Source of the DNA: an uncultured bacterium
GTDB lineage: Bacteria > CAYUVA01
Length of the DNA stretch: 52,063 nucleotides
Assembly (NCBI GenBank): GCA_964448115.1
Contig: CAYUVA010000035.1
Coordinates: 1 to 52,063 of the forward strand
Direction: 5' to 3'
A model generated the notes under the pieces. The model saw nothing but the letters and a program-made list of their open reading frames with translations, was not told the origin of the DNA and did no database searches. Shown piece by piece: positions 48,627-52,063 of the stretch. Position 1 is the stretch's first letter, and every line of letters begins with the position of its first letter. The translations under genes were made by a program, and so were the position numbers.

Positions 48627-50056
48627 ATCTGGACGGTGGAAGCATAAAGGTTGTTGTTCTCGGCATCGGTCCCCTACCGATCGAGAATGTCAACAAGAAC
48701 CTCGGTCCGGGCAGACGCTCGTGGCAATTCGCCAAGGGATTGGCTGAAGCTGGCTGCGAGGTCCTGCTTATCTGCTGCCGACATGTTGCCCACGGGGACG
48801 AGCTGGATGAAAGCAGGTTTGGGGATGCTGTCGAGTATGGTCAGAAACTTACTGTGCGCAACCTCTCGCAACCGGACTTTGAGCGTCCTGATATACTTGC
48901 CGAGCTGATCAGGTCTTTCGAGCCAGCCTGCCTGATCGGAGCCACCATTTACCCGTCTTATATCGCTGCTCGAATGGACTTGGGGCTTGGATTGTGGGCT
49001 GATGCCTTCGGGCACACTATGGCTGAAGCGCAGACCAAGAGCTTTGTTTATCGGGATAACTCATACCTGCACACCTACTGGCAATATCAGAGAACGATAT
49101 TGGACAAGGCGCATCGCTTTTCGGCAGTCTCAACCAGACAGAAGTATGCGCTTATCGGCGAGCTTGGATGCAGAGGGAGGCTCAGCGGTGAGACCATCGG
49201 GCAAGACCTGGTTCATACCATCCCCTGCGCGGTCATGCCCACCTGTGAGGTGCAGTCCAGTGAGAAAATCTTGCGCGGGAAGCTGGTCGCGGATGACGAC
49301 TTTATTGTGCTCTTCAGCGGTGGCTACAATACATGGACTGATACAGAGACTCTCTTCAGGGCTATCGAGTCAGCCATGGCTTCAAATGACAAGATCCGCT
49401 TCGTTTCTACCGGTGGCGGGCTAAAAGGGCACGATGAGCTGACCTACTTGCGATTTTGTGAACGAGTGAAAGGCTCCAGGCACGCCTCCAACTACAAGCT
49501 CCTCGGTTGGGTGCCTGCTGAGCATATCCCGCTGATCCACAGGGAAGCAGATATTGCAATAAACATCGACCGCTATAGCTACGAGGGGCTGCTGGGGAGC
49601 AGGAATCGCATCGTTGACTGGATGGGAGCACACCTTCCGCTGGTAACAACATTGTTATGCGAGCTATCGGGGATCATAGGTCGTAATGGGCTTGGTTTCG
49701 TGTTCAAGCCGGGGGACTGGCAGGGATTGTCCGATATAATCCTTCAGCTTGCTAGCGGGATGTACGACCTGGAGGATATCGCGGAAAAATCGTATCTTTT
49801 TGCGATGGAGAATTACTCGATAGGTGCCACGACCAAGCCACTTGTCGATTGGGTGCGAGAACAGGGCATAAATGGACCAGGCAAACCGCGGTTTATAAGC
49901 ATCGTTGACCTCGATGAGTCGCCTCCCAAGCGGAGCCGCCGACATATTTTAGAGAGCCTCAAGGCGCAGTATCGCTTAAAAGGTTTAAGGGGTGTGCTTT
50001 CTCTTTGCGCCGGCAAGCTCGGCGATGCAATAAAGAATCGAAGGAGCGCTCGTTGA
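48623..50056 (+). CDS. GT-B (GT4-like) glycosyltransferase
   Basis: GPGRRSWQFA, VLFSGGYNTWTD, LGWVP, RNRIVDWMGAHLPLV; GTGA overlap with xseA. Confidence 0.75.
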   Translation: MNLDGGSIKVVVLGIGPLPIENVNKNLGPGRRSWQFAKGLAEAGCEVLLICCRHVAHGDELDESRFGDAVEYGQKLTVRNLSQPDFERPDILAELIRSFEPACLIGATIYPSYIAARMDLGLGLWADAFGHTMAEAQTKSFVYRDNSYLHTYWQYQRTILDKAHRFSAVSTRQKYALIGELGCRGRLSGETIGQDLVHTIPCAVMPTCEVQSSEKILRGKLVADDDFIVLFSGGYNTWTDTETLFRAIESAMASNDKIRFVSTGGGLKGHDELTYLRFCERVKGSRHASNYKLLGWVPAEHIPLIHREADIAINIDRYSYEGLLGSRNRIVDWMGAHLPLVTTLLCELSGIIGRNGLGFVFKPGDWQGLSDIILQLASGMYDLEDIAEKSYLFAMENYSIGATTKPLVDWVREQGINGPGKPRFISIVDLDESPPKRSRRHILESLKAQYRLKGLRGVLSLCAGKLGDAIKNRRSAR

Positions 50057-51618
50057 GCTCGAACAGGATCCTTTTTTGCTTGATAGTCCTGTTGGCAACT
50101 GCCTTGAGGGTCTATCAACTCGGCGATTACGGGCTTTGGTACGATGAGGCTGCCTCGGTCTATGAGACCAGATTTCTTTCTGCTCCCGGCAAGTTCTTCT
50201 TCTCCTCGCCGCCGTTTTATCACCTGTTTCTTTATTTATGGATGCAGGTATCCAAGGGCGAGGTATGGCTGCGAGCCTTGAGTGTCCTGTTCGGTCTCGG
50301 CATTATCATGGCGGTCTATCATCTTTGCTGCATTACTTTTGATAAAAAGACTGCGCTGATTGCCAGCTACCTTTGCTCCATATCGCCGATGTTGATCTTC
50401 TATGCCCGCGAGGTGCGGATGTACTCGCTGTTTGCATTTCTGGTTTGCCTGTCATGGATCTTGTGGTCAAGGGTTATTAAGCTGGAAGGCTGGCAATATG
50501 CAATCGGTCTAACCTTGATCGATGTAGCCATCATCTACACCCACTATTTCGGTTTCTTCGTTATAGCAGCGCAAGGTTTTGCCATCATGCTGCTGGTCGC
50601 TGTGGATGCAACCAGTGATAACAGGCTGTTTATCGATACTAGGAGGCTAATCACCAGTGGATTGACCGCGTTGGGATTGATATTGCTTTTATACCTGCCC
50701 TGGCTGGGGCACAGCCTGTCATCGGCGAGCAGGGTAACCCAGAGGGCGAACTCGTGGATACCCAAGATAACTATCAAGCGGCTATTCTATTTCAGCAAGA
50801 ACCTGCTCGCAGGGTACAATGCGCCTCGGCTATGCTACTGGCTTATATTCATCATCTTCGTGATGCTTATTATATACGGTTGCATACGAATGTTTCGCAC
50901 TGACAGGCGTGGGTTATATTTGCTTTGTTGGGGGCTGCTCCCATTAGCGTTGACCATTATTGTATCCATTATCTTTGCAAATTCGATATTGCTTGAGAGA
51001 TTCCATATTTTCATTCTTCCAGCATTTTTCATTATTGCCACCGTCGGTCTAACCAGGCTCGGACGCAGGGAGATCATAATTATTCTATCGGTGATAACCA
51101 TTTTACAGTCCACCTCTATTCATAACCTGTATTGTAACCGATTTCCCAAGGAGCAAGCCAGGCATCATCCTGGGGTTCACGCCCGCAAGCGGACGGCAAG
51201 GGCAGCCAGGCTCGTAAAAGACGCCCTAAATCGGAGCGATGTTATCATCCATACCTGCAACAGCACCTATTTGCCGTTCATATACTACTTCGAGGATCGC
51301 TTCGGGATCGAAGATATTGAGCAGTTTACAGGGGATCTAAACGGCGTTTATCTTGCCGAGTTCACGGGTCGATTCCCGGGCATTGATGAAAAGGAGGTGG
51401 GCATAGCCCGCTTTTATCCGCGAGATATAAGAGCTTTTGCCTCTGATGCGCTGAGGGTCTGGCTTATCCATTCCGGCTGGGAGATCGCTGATGGTCAGTT
51501 CCACTGGGAGCAGGGGAAAATCTTGCGTGATTACCTTGATGCAACCATGCACCAATTGTACAGCCAATCCGTGGAGGGGATAGATATCTATTTGTTCGAG
51601 CCAAATCGACATCACTAG
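50053..51618 (+). CDS. GT-C membrane glycosyltransferase (PMT_2/GT39-GT83-like)
   Basis: GLWYDEA, PPFYH, WLRALSVLFG, YAREVRMYSL, YTHYFG; TTG 50053 after AAGGAG. Confidence 0.85.
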   Translation: MSSNRILFCLIVLLATALRVYQLGDYGLWYDEAASVYETRFLSAPGKFFFSSPPFYHLFLYLWMQVSKGEVWLRALSVLFGLGIIMAVYHLCCITFDKKTALIASYLCSISPMLIFYAREVRMYSLFAFLVCLSWILWSRVIKLEGWQYAIGLTLIDVAIIYTHYFGFFVIAAQGFAIMLLVAVDATSDNRLFIDTRRLITSGLTALGLILLLYLPWLGHSLSSASRVTQRANSWIPKITIKRLFYFSKNLLAGYNAPRLCYWLIFIIFVMLIIYGCIRMFRTDRRGLYLLCWGLLPLALTIIVSIIFANSILLERFHIFILPAFFIIATVGLTRLGRREIIIILSVITILQSTSIHNLYCNRFPKEQARHHPGVHARKRTARAARLVKDALNRSDVIIHTCNSTYLPFIYYFEDRFGIEDIEQFTGDLNGVYLAEFTGRFPGIDEKEVGIARFYPRDIRAFASDALRVWLIHSGWEIADGQFHWEQGKILRDYLDATMHQLYSQSVEGIDIYLFEPNRHH

Positions 51619-51836
51619 CATTATGGACTTTTTTGCTAATATCTAAATGTATTCAAAAATAGTTAATTGTTGAAATCGCTTCCTCCTTTGGCAAGTCAAG
51701 CAAACTTCGAGGATAAGTCATAGTCATAAGAAGCGGTTAAGAAGTCGATTTTTCTTTGCAAACTGTGCTGCTTTTGGTGTATCCTTTCTGTCGTTTAAGT
51801 AGATTGCAAGCTCAATCTAAAAAGGGGGTTACTGTT

Positions 51837-52063
51837 ATGCTATACAAGTTGAATGCCTTTGCCATCATAGCGTTACTGTTTTTCTTTGCTCAGCTTCAAG
51901 CTGAAACCACGGTATGTTATGACATCTGCGAGGATAAACAGCTAAAGGTAAAGCCCCAACAGGTAAAGCTTACCCCAAAAGAACAGCGTGAGCTTTATGA
52001 GGGACAGATTATAGCCAAGCTGCTAGATCCGGTCGATGAGAGCGATCCCTTCAAGAAGGGCTG
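51837..52063 (+). CDS. 5' part of an exported protein, truncated by the window edge
   Basis: AAGGGGG RBS; MLYKLNAFAIIALLFFFAQLQA-ETTVCYDICEDKQLK..., open to the end. Confidence 0.7.
   Translation, partial: MLYKLNAFAIIALLFFFAQLQAETTVCYDICEDKQLKVKPQQVKLTPKEQRELYEGQIIAKLLDPVDESDPFKKG

Overview
Bacterial chromosomal window, probably from an uncultured anaerobe; the lineage cannot be fixed from the sequence. Housekeeping content: DUF507 x2-yqgF-mltG, rnhA-xseA, tRNA-Cys, MoxR, GAF-GAF-HD-GYP and an isochorismatase-family hydrolase. Accessory content: a peroxisome-like acyl-CoA operon (HMGS-like/DUF35 fusion, SCP-x-type thiolase, SDR-SCP2-SCP2-hydratase-2 fusion), three radical SAM genes, an orphan DNA adenine MTase and two glycosylation clusters (epimerase, DPM1-like GT2, three GT-C enzymes including a TMEM260/DUF2723-TPR protein, a flippase, two GT4-like enzymes). 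The strongest signal is three otherwise unrelated secreted proteins, one a gingipain-like C25 peptidase, that each end in a Pro/Thr linker plus the same ~100-aa C-terminal domain finishing in SxLxPYLx[VC]x[DE]. This is a candidate lineage-specific sorting or anchoring domain. A stand-alone secreted homolog of the eukaryotic GPI-phospholipase D catalytic domain lies nearby. A fourth Pro/Thr-rich protein at the left edge was missed by the ORF track and has a G11 tract that may be a phase-variation switch. Two intergenic regions carry nested palindromic repeats. No CRISPR, integrase or transposase was seen. All family calls are from motif recognition by eye, not database searches.
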